Positions 39,168-47,667 of a stretch of DNA of 54,866 nt are shown here, one piece after another. The position numbers and the translations under genes are program-made. Location of the stretch: assembly GCA_031406795.1 (NCBI GenBank), contig JANOHV010000053.1, positions 1-54,866 on the forward strand, written 5' to 3'. The notes below the pieces were generated by a model. The model was not told the origin of the DNA, did no database searches, and saw only the letters and a program-made list of their open reading frames with translations. Positions within the stretch are counted from its first letter, which is position 1, and the number at the start of each line of letters is the position of its first letter. The DNA is from Candidatus Rokuibacteriota bacterium. GTDB lineage: Bacteria; JAUVQV01; DATDCY01.

Positions 39168-40631
39168 ATGGACGCGGAGCAATTGAAATCGTTGGATATG
39201 CGGGGGCGTTTCTTCAACTACGCCAACAACACGATCACCATCGCGGGCGCGGTGCTCGCGGTTCTCTCGGCGGTGCTGCTGATCACCGTGGTCTCCATCA
39301 ACATGATGGGCGGCCACCTCGGCCCGTACTCGGGGATCATGGCCTTCATGATCCTGCCCGGCGTTTTCGTCGGCGGCCTGATCACCATGCCCGTCGGCAT
39401 CTGGCTGCGCCGCCGCAAGCTGCTCGCCGCGCACGTCAGCGACGAGGAGATGAACCGTTTCCCGAAGCTGGATTTCAACGACGCGCACCTGCGCAAGGGG
39501 GTGCTGATCTTCCTCGGCCTGACCTTCGCGAACGCGGTCATTTTCGCGACGGTCACCTACCTCGGCGTCGAGTTCATGGAGTCGCCCCGCTTCTGCGGCA
39601 CCGTCTGCCACACCGTAATGTCACCCGAATACACGGCGTACCAGGGCTCGCCGCACTCGCGCGTCATGTGCGTGCAGTGCCACATCGGCCCGGGCGCCTC
39701 CTGGTTCGTGAAGGCCAAGGTCGACGGGCTGCGCCAGGTCATATCGACGACATTGAACACCTTCAGCCGCCCGATCCATTCCCCGATCGCCCACCTGCGT
39801 CCGGCGCGGGAGACCTGCGAGCAGTGCCACTGGCCCTCCAAACACATCGGCGACAAACTCCACGCGTTCGTGCGCTACGCCGACGACGAGCCGAACACCG
39901 CAAGCTACAACGCGATGCTCATCAAGACCGGCGGCGGCGATCTCGACAGCGGGCGCCACGGCGGCATCCACTGGTGGCACATCTACTCCGACAACAAGAT
40001 CCGGTACATCGAGAGCGACCCGCGGCGGCTCGGGATCTCCTGGGTGGAGTTGACGACATCGAGCGGCGAGGTGCGCACGTACACGCGCAAGGGCGACAAG
40101 GTTCTCACCGCCGCCGAGCTGGCGCAGGCCCGGACGATGGACTGCATCGACTGCCACAACCGGCCGACGCACCTCTTCCAGTTCCCGAACCGGGCCGTCG
40201 ACGAGGCCATCGAGAGCCACCCGGACCTCGCGAAGCTCCCCTTCTTCAAGCGCGAGGCGATGAAGGCCGTCCAGGCCAAGTACCCGACCCACGATGGCGG
40301 CATGCAGGAAGTCAAGAAGTCGGTCCAGTCCTTCTACGCTGCCGGCTACCCGGCCGCGCCGAAAGATCTCGTCGAGCGGGGCGCCCAGGCGGCCGCTGAC
40401 ATTTACGGACGCATCGTCTTCCCGGAGATGAACACGAACTGGGAGACCCATCCGAACCACATCGGGCATCCCGACCCGAGCACCGACGAGGGCTTCGCCG
40501 GCTGCTGGCGCTGCCACGACGACAAGCTGACTACCGCCGACGGGAAGTACACGATTCCGCAGGACTGCGATAACTGTCACACGTTCCTGGTCGAGGACAG
40601 CCCGACCCCGCCGGAGTTCGCAAGCAAGTAG
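39168..40631 (+). CDS. NapC/NirT-domain inner-membrane multiheme cytochrome c (ImcH-like)
   Basis: 3 TMs; CGTVCH, CVQCH, CEQCH, CIDCH, CWRCH, CDNCH; RPARETC. Confidence 0.88.
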   Translation: MDAEQLKSLDMRGRFFNYANNTITIAGAVLAVLSAVLLITVVSINMMGGHLGPYSGIMAFMILPGVFVGGLITMPVGIWLRRRKLLAAHVSDEEMNRFPKLDFNDAHLRKGVLIFLGLTFANAVIFATVTYLGVEFMESPRFCGTVCHTVMSPEYTAYQGSPHSRVMCVQCHIGPGASWFVKAKVDGLRQVISTTLNTFSRPIHSPIAHLRPARETCEQCHWPSKHIGDKLHAFVRYADDEPNTASYNAMLIKTGGGDLDSGRHGGIHWWHIYSDNKIRYIESDPRRLGISWVELTTSSGEVRTYTRKGDKVLTAAELAQARTMDCIDCHNRPTHLFQFPNRAVDEAIESHPDLAKLPFFKREAMKAVQAKYPTHDGGMQEVKKSVQSFYAAGYPAAPKDLVERGAQAAADIYGRIVFPEMNTNWETHPNHIGHPDPSTDEGFAGCWRCHDDKLTTADGKYTIPQDCDNCHTFLVEDSPTPPEFASK

Positions 40632-40635
40632 CAGT

Positions 40636-40797
40636 TACGGCCGCTGAAAACGGCCCATCTGCCGCGTTGGGCTCCATCCGGCTCCCTGCGGCGGGCACCA
40701 GCCCGCCTCAGTCGCCGGATTGGAGCCCGCCTTGCATCTGGACACTTTTGATCAGCCTCTCCGCGATCGTTACGGCCGCTGAAAACGGCCCATCTGC
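40636..40797. mobile_element. MITE family B copy plus duplicated end
   Basis: TACGGCCGCTGAAAACGGCCCATCTGC occurs twice; body is a diverged reverse complement of 12853-12980. Confidence 0.65.
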
Positions 40798-40802
40798 GAT
40801 GC

Positions 40803-40872
40803 GGGAGGGGGTGTGAACCCCTCCCCTACACCAGCAATGGTTCGCCGTAGGGGCGGGGTTGACCCCCGCCCG
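40803..40872. repeat. Pair of GTAG-type REP palindromes
   Basis: GGGAGGGGGTGTGAACCCCTCCCCTAC and GTAGGGGCGGGGTTGACCCCCGCCC. Confidence 0.75.
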
Positions 40873-41062
40873 AACGCGACATACCCGACATCACGATGCC
40901 CTTGTCAACCGAGCACGTGCTGCCCGAGTCGGCAGGGAGCGGATTTTTGCGTCCCGGCAAGGCAGCGGGGACGGGTGCGCGGAGGTGTGCTCGTGCACAC
41001 CGCACAAGCAGCCCGACCCGCAACGCCGCCGGGGCGGAAAAAGCCCTCGCTGCCGACCCGGG

Positions 41063-43378
41063 CTAACGGAGACGCTCGCGCAGCAGGAAGGCCTGGCCGA
41101 GGCTGATGCCGCCGTCGTTGGCGGGGACACGGGAGTTGGCGTGCACGCGCAGCCCCAACGTCTGGACGCCGCGTGTGATCGCCCCGAGCAGCAGACGGTT
41201 CTGGAACACGCCGCCGCTGAGCGCCACGTCACACAGGCCGGTCGCGCGGTGCAGGCGATCGACCTGCTCGACGACGGCGGCGGCGACCGTCGCGTGGAAT
41301 CGCCCGGCGATGAGCCGGACGTCGGTGCCACGCTCCAGGTCATCGAGGAGCGCGAGAAACGCCGGCGAGAAGTCGATTCGCGGCAGGCCGTCATCAGTCA
41401 ACGTGAATTCGTACGGCTCCCCGATCTGTCCGCCCGCCGCGGCCTCGAACCGCATCGCCGCCTCGCCCTCGAAGCTGTTGTGGTCGCAGAGGCCGGCGAG
41501 GGCGGCAGCGGCCTCGAACAGCCGGCCCGCGCCGGAGCTGAGCGGCGAGAGGGACCTGTTGGAGAGGACCCGGAGCACATTCTCGGCGTCGGACTCGCCG
41601 ACCCGGGCGCGAAGCATCCGCACCGCGGCCCGATCGGGGATGACCCCCCCCCCAGCCGCCGCGAGATAGCTCAGCGCCATGCGCCAGGGGTGCCGGATCG
41701 CCCCCTCGCCCCCGGGCAGCGGGACGGGCTTGAACGAGGCGGCGCGCTCGAAGGAGCGCCCGTCCGCGATCAGGAACTCTCCGCCCCAGACCGTGCCGTC
41801 GGGCCCGTAGCCGGAACCATCGAGGGCGACGCCGATGACGGGGCCGGCGAGCCCCGTTTCCGCGAGCACCGAGGCGACGTGGGCCCAGTGGTGTTGCACA
41901 CCCCAGAGCTCGACGCCCGGCTGCTCGAGCGCCCAGCGGGTCGAGAAGTAGCCCGGATGCAGGTCGTGCGCGATCGCGACGAGGGAGACGCGGTAGACGG
42001 ACTTCAGGTTCTCCAGCGTCTCCAGAAAGAATTGAAGCGTCTCGTGGTTTTCCAGGTCGCCGATGTGCTGGCTGACGACGGCCGCGCCCGGGGTGGTCAG
42101 CGTGAAGGTGTTCTTGACCTCGGCGCCGCACCCGAGCACGGGCGGACCGGACCCGGGCAGCGGGATCGCCGCGGGAACGTAGCCGCGCGCCCGGCGGATG
42201 AACTGCGTCCGCCCGTCGCGGCGGCGCACGACGGAGTCGTCAACGCGCATGAAGATCCCGCGGTCGTGGTCGAGAAAACCTTCGGCGAACGGAGCCAGCA
42301 CGCGGTGGGCCGCCTCGGCGTCCTTGACGATCGGCTCGTCGGCGACGTTGCCGCTGGTCATCACCAGCGCTGAGAAGTTCGAGCCGCCCCGGGAGCGGCG
42401 GCGGCCAGAGGCTCGGAGTCTGTCCCGGTCGGCAGGCTGCGCCGGGAGGCGCGTGTGGAAGAGCAGCCAGTGCAGCGGCGTGTTCGGGAGCATGAACCCG
42501 AGCTCGGCTGCGGCGGGCGCAACCGCATCGGGGATGCCGATCCCGAACCTGCGCGTGAGAAGGACAATCGGCCGTTCGGGCGACACGAGCAGCGCCTCCT
42601 CCTCCGCGGAGAGCTCGGCGAAGGTGCGCACGGCGTCGAGGTCCGGCGCCATCAGCGCGAACGCCTTGTTGCTGCGGCGCTTGCGCTCGCGCAGCTTCTC
42701 CACCGCAGCCGCGTCGAGGGCATCGCAGGCCAGCTGGTAGCCGCCCAGGCCCTTGAGGGCGAGGATGCCCCCGCCGCGCAACAACTCGACCGCAACGCGG
42801 ACGGCATCGGCGCCCCGAAGGGTCCCGGCGTTTCCGCCGTCGCTGAACGTGACCGCAGGCCCGCAGTCCGCGCAGGCGTTCGGCTGCGCGTGGAAGCGCC
42901 GGTCGCGCGGGTCGTGGTACTCGCGCGCGCACGCCGGGCAGAGCGCGAACGGCGCCATCGTCGTGTTCGGGCGGTCGTACGGCACCCCCCGGGTGATCGA
43001 GTAGCGCGGCCCGCAATTGGTGCAGTTCGTGAAAGGGTAGCCGAAGCGCCGGTCCGCCGGGTCGGCCAACTCGCGCAGGCAATCGCCGCAGGTGGCGATG
43101 TCGGGCGAGAGCTCGGTCGACGCGCCCGCCTCGCGGCTCGGCAGGATCACGAAGCCGGCGGCGCCTTGCTCGGGGACCTCACGTTTTTCGATGCTGGTGA
43201 TCCGGGCGAGGGGAGGGGGAGCCGCCCGCAGCGCCTCTTCGAACTCCCCCGCGCGATCCCCTTCGACTTCGATCTCGACGCCGGCCGACGAGTTGCGCAC
43301 GAAGCCGGTGACGCCCAGTTCGCGGGCCAGTCGCCAGACGGTCGGCCGGAACCCGACGCCCTGCACGACCCCGGTCAC
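41063..43378 (-). CDS. hypF: Carbamoyltransferase HypF
   Basis: GVVQGVGFRP, CxxC zinc fingers, RRFHAQPNAC, KGLGG, HDLHP, QHH.AH, PANDGGISLGQ; start uncertain. Confidence 0.96.
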   Translation of the reverse strand: MTGVVQGVGFRPTVWRLARELGVTGFVRNSSAGVEIEVEGDRAGEFEEALRAAPPPLARITSIEKREVPEQGAAGFVILPSREAGASTELSPDIATCGDCLRELADPADRRFGYPFTNCTNCGPRYSITRGVPYDRPNTTMAPFALCPACAREYHDPRDRRFHAQPNACADCGPAVTFSDGGNAGTLRGADAVRVAVELLRGGGILALKGLGGYQLACDALDAAAVEKLRERKRRSNKAFALMAPDLDAVRTFAELSAEEEALLVSPERPIVLLTRRFGIGIPDAVAPAAAELGFMLPNTPLHWLLFHTRLPAQPADRDRLRASGRRRSRGGSNFSALVMTSGNVADEPIVKDAEAAHRVLAPFAEGFLDHDRGIFMRVDDSVVRRRDGRTQFIRRARGYVPAAIPLPGSGPPVLGCGAEVKNTFTLTTPGAAVVSQHIGDLENHETLQFFLETLENLKSVYRVSLVAIAHDLHPGYFSTRWALEQPGVELWGVQHHWAHVASVLAETGLAGPVIGVALDGSGYGPDGTVWGGEFLIADGRSFERAASFKPVPLPGGEGAIRHPWRMALSYLAAAGGGVIPDRAAVRMLRARVGESDAENVLRVLSNRSLSPLSSGAGRLFEAAAALAGLCDHNSFEGEAAMRFEAAAGGQIGEPYEFTLTDDGLPRIDFSPAFLALLDDLERGTDVRLIAGRFHATVAAAVVEQVDRLHRATGLCDVALSGGVFQNRLLLGAITRGVQTLGLRVHANSRVPANDGGISLGQAFLLRERLR

Positions 43379-43379
43379 C

Positions 43380-44039
43380 TCAATGCGCCAACGAATGTTG
43401 CAGTTTCCCTTCCAACCACGCGTACCAGGTCTCCAGCCCCTGTCCGCTGCGCGCCGACACCTCGAACACCCGCAGTGCAGGATTCAGGCCGAGCGCATCG
43501 GCGCTGATCTTCTCGAGGCTCACCTCAAGGTGCGCCGCCAGATCGACCTTGTTCACGAGCAGCGCCTCGCATTCGCGGAACATCCGCGGGTACTTCAGCG
43601 GCTTGTCGTCGCCCTCCGTGATCGAAAGCAGCATCACCTTGGCGTCCTCGCCGAGGTCGAACTCCGCCGGGCAGACGAGATTGCCGACGTTTTCGATGAC
43701 CAGCAGGTCGATCGCCTCCAGCGGCAACTCCGGCAGCACCGACTGCACCATGTTCGCGTCGAGGTGGCACCCGCCCGCGGTGTTGATCTGGATGACCGGC
43801 ACGCCGAGCGCCGCGATCACCTCGGCGTCGTGCGTCCCTTGAATGTCCCCCTCGATGACGCCGAAGCGGATCTTCGCGCCCAGGTCGCGGATCGTGCGCG
43901 CCAGCAGCGTCGTCTTGCCGGCGCCGGGCGAGGACATCAGGTTGATGGTGGTGATCCCGCGTTCGCGCAGCATCCGCCGGTTCTCCTCGGCGATGCGGGT
44001 GTTGGCCTTGAGGATGTTCGTGACGACCTTGACCTTCAT
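43380..44039 (-). CDS. hypB: Hydrogenase nickel incorporation GTPase HypB
   Basis: SSPGAGKTT, CHLDA, ENVGNLVCPA, NKVD. Confidence 0.97.
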   Translation of the reverse strand: MKVKVVTNILKANTRIAEENRRMLRERGITTINLMSSPGAGKTTLLARTIRDLGAKIRFGVIEGDIQGTHDAEVIAALGVPVIQINTAGGCHLDANMVQSVLPELPLEAIDLLVIENVGNLVCPAEFDLGEDAKVMLLSITEGDDKPLKYPRMFRECEALLVNKVDLAAHLEVSLEKISADALGLNPALRVFEVSARSGQGLETWYAWLEGKLQHSLAH

Positions 44040-44177
44040 GGTATTCCTCCGAAACATTTGCTCTATCCGCGAGAAGGTTTTGCCTTCCGCGATAGACGGC
44101 CCTGTTGTCTAGTTGACAATAATTCCTCGGTGTCATCAGGCAGAAGCCTCCATAGTCTTGCGGGCAAAAAGCCCGCG

Positions 44178-44525
44178 CTATGGCTCCCCCTCCAGATCCA
44201 GCACGTGGAGTTCGTCCCCGGCGGTGACCCGGAAGGACGTCCCGCCGCAGAGCGGGCAGGCGAGAACGTACGGCTCCGGGGTGGTGAAATCCCGATCGCA
44301 GACGGCACAGTGGCCGCCGACGGGGACCTCGTCGATTTCGAGCACCGCCGCTGCGGCGGGAGTGTCGACCTTGGAGCAGTCGAATGCGAAGCGCAGCGAG
44401 TCGGGCTGCACGCCGCTGGCGCGGCCGACGCGCAGGCGCACCACGGTGACGCTGGCGAGGCCCGATTCGGCGGCGGCGGTGCGCACGATGTCGAGAACGG
44501 AAAGTGCGATCGAAAGCTCGTGCAC
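44178..44525 (-). CDS. hypA: Hydrogenase nickel metallochaperone HypA
   Basis: (M)HELSIA, CAVC...CPLC, G.EL. Confidence 0.95.
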   Translation of the reverse strand: MHELSIALSVLDIVRTAAAESGLASVTVVRLRVGRASGVQPDSLRFAFDCSKVDTPAAAAVLEIDEVPVGGHCAVCDRDFTTPEPYVLACPLCGGTSFRVTAGDELHVLDLEGEP

Positions 44526-44548
44526 GAGGAATCGGGGTAGGCGGCGCT

Positions 44549-44872
44549 CTAGCCGGTCGGCTTCGCGGGGTCGTCGCCCCAGGCGATGTCGCCCTTCGCG
44601 AACAGTTCGCGGAATTCCTCGGGGACTTCGTCGGCGCTCTCGCCGGAAGCTTCGGCGGCGGCGACGAGGCTGCGGAAGAACTTCAACGACTCCTCCGCGG
44701 TGTCGCGGTCGACCACCTGCATCGCGAAGCCGGCGTGCACGAGCACGAAGTCGCCGGGGGCGACCTCCTCCGGCATCAGCATCAGATTGGCCTCGCGGCG
44801 CGCGCCGCAGACGTCGACGACGGCGGTGAAACCGTCGGTGGAGACGATCCGCGAGGGGATGGCGAGGCACAT
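44549..44872 (-). CDS. hypC: Hydrogenase assembly chaperone HypC
   Basis: MCLAIP, GDFVLVHAGFA; acidic C-terminal extension. Confidence 0.95.
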   Translation of the reverse strand: MCLAIPSRIVSTDGFTAVVDVCGARREANLMLMPEEVAPGDFVLVHAGFAMQVVDRDTAEESLKFFRSLVAAAEASGESADEVPEEFRELFAKGDIAWGDDPAKPTG

Positions 44873-45086
44873 GATGGAATTATAAACGATGAAGACGCGG
44901 ATGCCTAGGTTTCGAACCGCCAGCAGGTTTCGAACCGCCAACCAGTCGTCGTGCGCGAGTCGGCGGGTACTTCCCTTCGGTCGTGCGTCTACGCCGCCGG
45001 CCCGGGCTTCTCGGCGGCTCCGCGCATCTTCCCTCAGTGAAGTGCCCGCCGCCTCGCGGATGTCCATGATGATCAAGGGAGCAATG

Positions 45087-45259
45087 CAATCCTTCAGTGA
45101 AGCGCGGAAACGCTTTCCGTTCGTGGTGAGCCGTGAGCTTGACGAACGGTCGAACCATGAACGGAACTTTGCCCTATCCACAAGCGCCCTTCGACCGTTC
45201 GACAAGCTCACGGCTCAGGGCGAACGGTACCAATTGTGCTACCCCTCACTGAAGGATTA
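45087..45259 (-). mobile_element. MITE family A, copy 3
   Basis: Same TIRs; about 15 bp longer owing to an extra CCGTTCGACAAGCTCACGG module. Confidence 0.85.
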
Positions 45260-45270
45260 CGGAGCAATCG

Positions 45271-45789
45271 TTACGGACCGGGATTCCATTCGAGCTGGCG
45301 AGGAGCCGGATCCGGGCGCTGCTCGACGCGGTGGCCGAGACGGCGCAGTTCGTCGGCGATCGAATCGACGAGCTTGCCGAGGCTCGCCTCGGCGGTCGCC
45401 GTCAGCGCCAGGCCCATGGTCATCGTCTCCGGTTCCATGCCGAAAAGCACCATCTCGCCGGGGAGCGTGTCCGAAATCAAGGCCGTGGCGAGCACGTCGG
45501 AGAGGCCGATCTGGTGCGGGCTGATGCGGATGTGGAACATCCGGGGCACATCCTCCCCCTCGACGCGGAATACGGTGCCGGGGGGGTGACCGGCGGCCAC
45601 GGCGTCGACGATGAGGATGCGATCCTTGCCGTCGAGATACCTCAGCAACTCGATGCCGGCGGTCCCGCCGTCGAGGAATTCGACATCGTCGTCGAAGGTG
45701 AAACGCCGCTGCAGCTCCCCGAGGGCGTGAATACCGACCCCCTCGTCCTGAAGCAGGACATTTCCTATTCCCAACACGAGCGTCTTCAT
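45271..45789 (-). CDS. hybD: Hydrogenase maturation endopeptidase (HybD/HyaD type)
   Basis: VLGIGNVLLQDEGVG, DGGT, VDAV, SPHQIGL. Confidence 0.93.
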   Translation of the reverse strand: MKTLVLGIGNVLLQDEGVGIHALGELQRRFTFDDDVEFLDGGTAGIELLRYLDGKDRILIVDAVAAGHPPGTVFRVEGEDVPRMFHIRISPHQIGLSDVLATALISDTLPGEMVLFGMEPETMTMGLALTATAEASLGKLVDSIADELRRLGHRVEQRPDPAPRQLEWNPGP

Positions 45790-45872
45790 GAAACCTCCGT
45801 TGTTACCCAAATCGGGCGGGGATCAACCCCGCCCCTGCGAACGACGATGCAATCCACATGGTTTGTCATGAG

Positions 45873-45910
45873 AAAGAAAAAGCCCGGGAGGACGATTGTC
45901 CCCCCGGGCT
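45873..45910 (-). terminator. Rho-independent terminator after the large subunit
   Basis: GC stem AGCCCGGG..GAC/GTC..CCCGGGCT with U-tract on the minus strand. Confidence 0.75.
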
Positions 45911-45923
45911 GTTCACGCCGCTG

Positions 45924-47642
45924 CTACAGGACCTTGACCTTGATCGTCTTGTCCTTGTCCTTGTCCGTCAGGTGGATCGCGCAGGCCAGGCAGGGGTCGA
46001 AGGAGTGGATTGTCCGGATGATCTCCAGGGGTTTTTCCGTGTCGGCCACCGAAATCCCGATCAGCGCCTCCTCGTACGGGCCGCGCACGTCCTGGGAGTT
46101 GCGCGGGCAGGCGTTCCAGGTCGAGGGCACGACCGCCTGGTAGTTCTTGATCTTGCCGTCCTGGATCACGATCCAGTGCGAGAGAATCCCGCGCGGCGCC
46201 TCGTGGAACCCGAAGCCGCGCTGCTCGCCCTTCGGGAACGTCGGCGGGTTGAACGTGGTGGTGTCGCCCTTGACGATGTTCGCCATCAGGGCCGCAAATT
46301 GTTCCTGCAGAGTGTCGTTCAAGACCGCGCAGCGGATCGAGCGCGCGGCCACGCGGCCGAGCGTCGAGTGCAGCGCGCCGAGACCGACTTGGGTCTTCGC
46401 GACGTCACTCGCCATCTGGAGCACCGCCGTCGCGTACTTCTTGGTGGGCTCGTGCCCGGCGGCGAACATGCACAGCACGTTCGCGAGCGGGCCGACCTGC
46501 GCGGGCTTGCCCTGAAAGGTCGGGGACTTGACCCAGCTGTACTTGCTCCCCTCGGTGACGGTCTCCTTCCAGTCGGTGTACTTCGGGTCGGTCGACTCGT
46601 CCCAGGGGTGTTTGCTCCAGTCGCCGTCGTACCAGGAGTGCTTGATGCTCTCCTGGACGTTCTCCTTGAAGAACTGGGACCCGAACTCCTTGATCGGCGC
46701 GTACTTGGAAATGTCCCCGCCGGGAATGTAGCCGCCGGGCAGCATGAACTGCGTCCCCTTGGTGTCCATCGGCATGTCGGGCGCGCAGAGGTAGTTCATG
46801 TGGCTCTTGCCGACGGTGGCGATGTCGCCGGCATAGAGCGCGCCGACGGCCGCCGTGTCGGGGACCAGCACCTGCTTGACGAAATCGTTGGCCTCGTCGA
46901 GCAGCGTCTTGACGTAGTAGAGGCGCTCCATGTTCAGGACGTCGGGGGCGTTCGGGTTGATCGGGTTGGTCACGCCGCCGACGGTGATCGTCTGCACGTG
47001 CGGAGTCTTGCTGCCGAGGATGCTGACCACCATATTGATCCGGCGCTGGTAGTGCAGCGCCTGCAGGTAGTGGTGCGCGGCCAGCAGGTTGACGTCCGGC
47101 GGCAGCTTCATCGCCGGGTGGCCCCAGTAGCCGTTGCCGTAGATGCCCAGCTGCCCCGAGCCGACAAAGGCCTTGAGCCGGTCCTGCGAGGCCTTGATCT
47201 CGGCGACGGTGTTGTGCGCCCACGGCGAGAGCTTCGCGCCGATCGCTGCGGCGCCCTTCGGGTCGCCCTTGGTGATCGCCGAGACCAGGTCGACGTAGTC
47301 CAGCGCGGTCAGGTGGTAGAAGTGCACGATGTGGTCGTGCACCGCGTGCGCGCCCATCATCAGGTTGCGGATGTACTGCGCATTGAGCGGGATCTCGAGC
47401 CCAAGGGCGTTTTCGACCGAACGCACTGAAGCCAGTGCGTGGACGGTCGTTCAGACGCCGCAGAAGCGCTGCGTGAACGCCCAGGCGTCGCGCGGGTCCC
47501 TCCCCTGCAGGATGGTCTCGACGCCGCGCCACATCTGGCCCGACGACCAGGCGTTGGTGACCTTTCCGCCCTCCACCTCGCACTCGATGCGCAGGTGGCC
47601 CTCAATCCGGGTGACCGGGTCGATGACGACTCTCTTGGCCAT
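45924..47642 (-). CDS. hybC: [NiFe] hydrogenase large subunit (Hyb/Hyd-2 type), 572 aa, with in-frame TGA (putative Sec64)
   Basis: [10 protein letters not shown]1 QRFCGV-TGA-TTVH; L2 [11 protein letters not shown] plus cleavable tail; the two listed ORFs (47451-47642 and 45924-47426) are in the same frame. Confidence 0.9.
47414..47449 (-). promoter_or_regulatory. Putative bacterial SECIS element
   Basis: mRNA UGA-A-CGACCG-UCC-ACGCACUG-GCUU-CAGUGCGU-U-CGGUCG: 6-bp + 8-bp stems, loop starting with G, 18 nt after UGA. Confidence 0.75.
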
Positions 47643-47667
47643 AGTGTGTCTCTCCTTCTGCTCTCGG

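Noticed and set aside
44905-44945. tRNA (GGTTCGAA T-loop-like sequence on the minus strand)
   Set aside because: Only a 16-bp direct repeat, AGGTTTCGAACCGCCA, occurring twice; no cloverleaf could be built
44873-45211. Long N-terminal extension of HypC
   Set aside because: It runs through a MITE; HypC requires Met-Cys at its N-terminus
45975-46000. Canonical [NiFeSe] DPUxxC motif
   Set aside because: The sequence encodes DPCLAC with TGC codons
45924-47642. hybC as a nonsense pseudogene or two separate genes
   Set aside because: The stop is TGA exactly at a conserved Cys, is followed by a SECIS-like hairpin, and the operon shows no other decay; not formally excluded without reads
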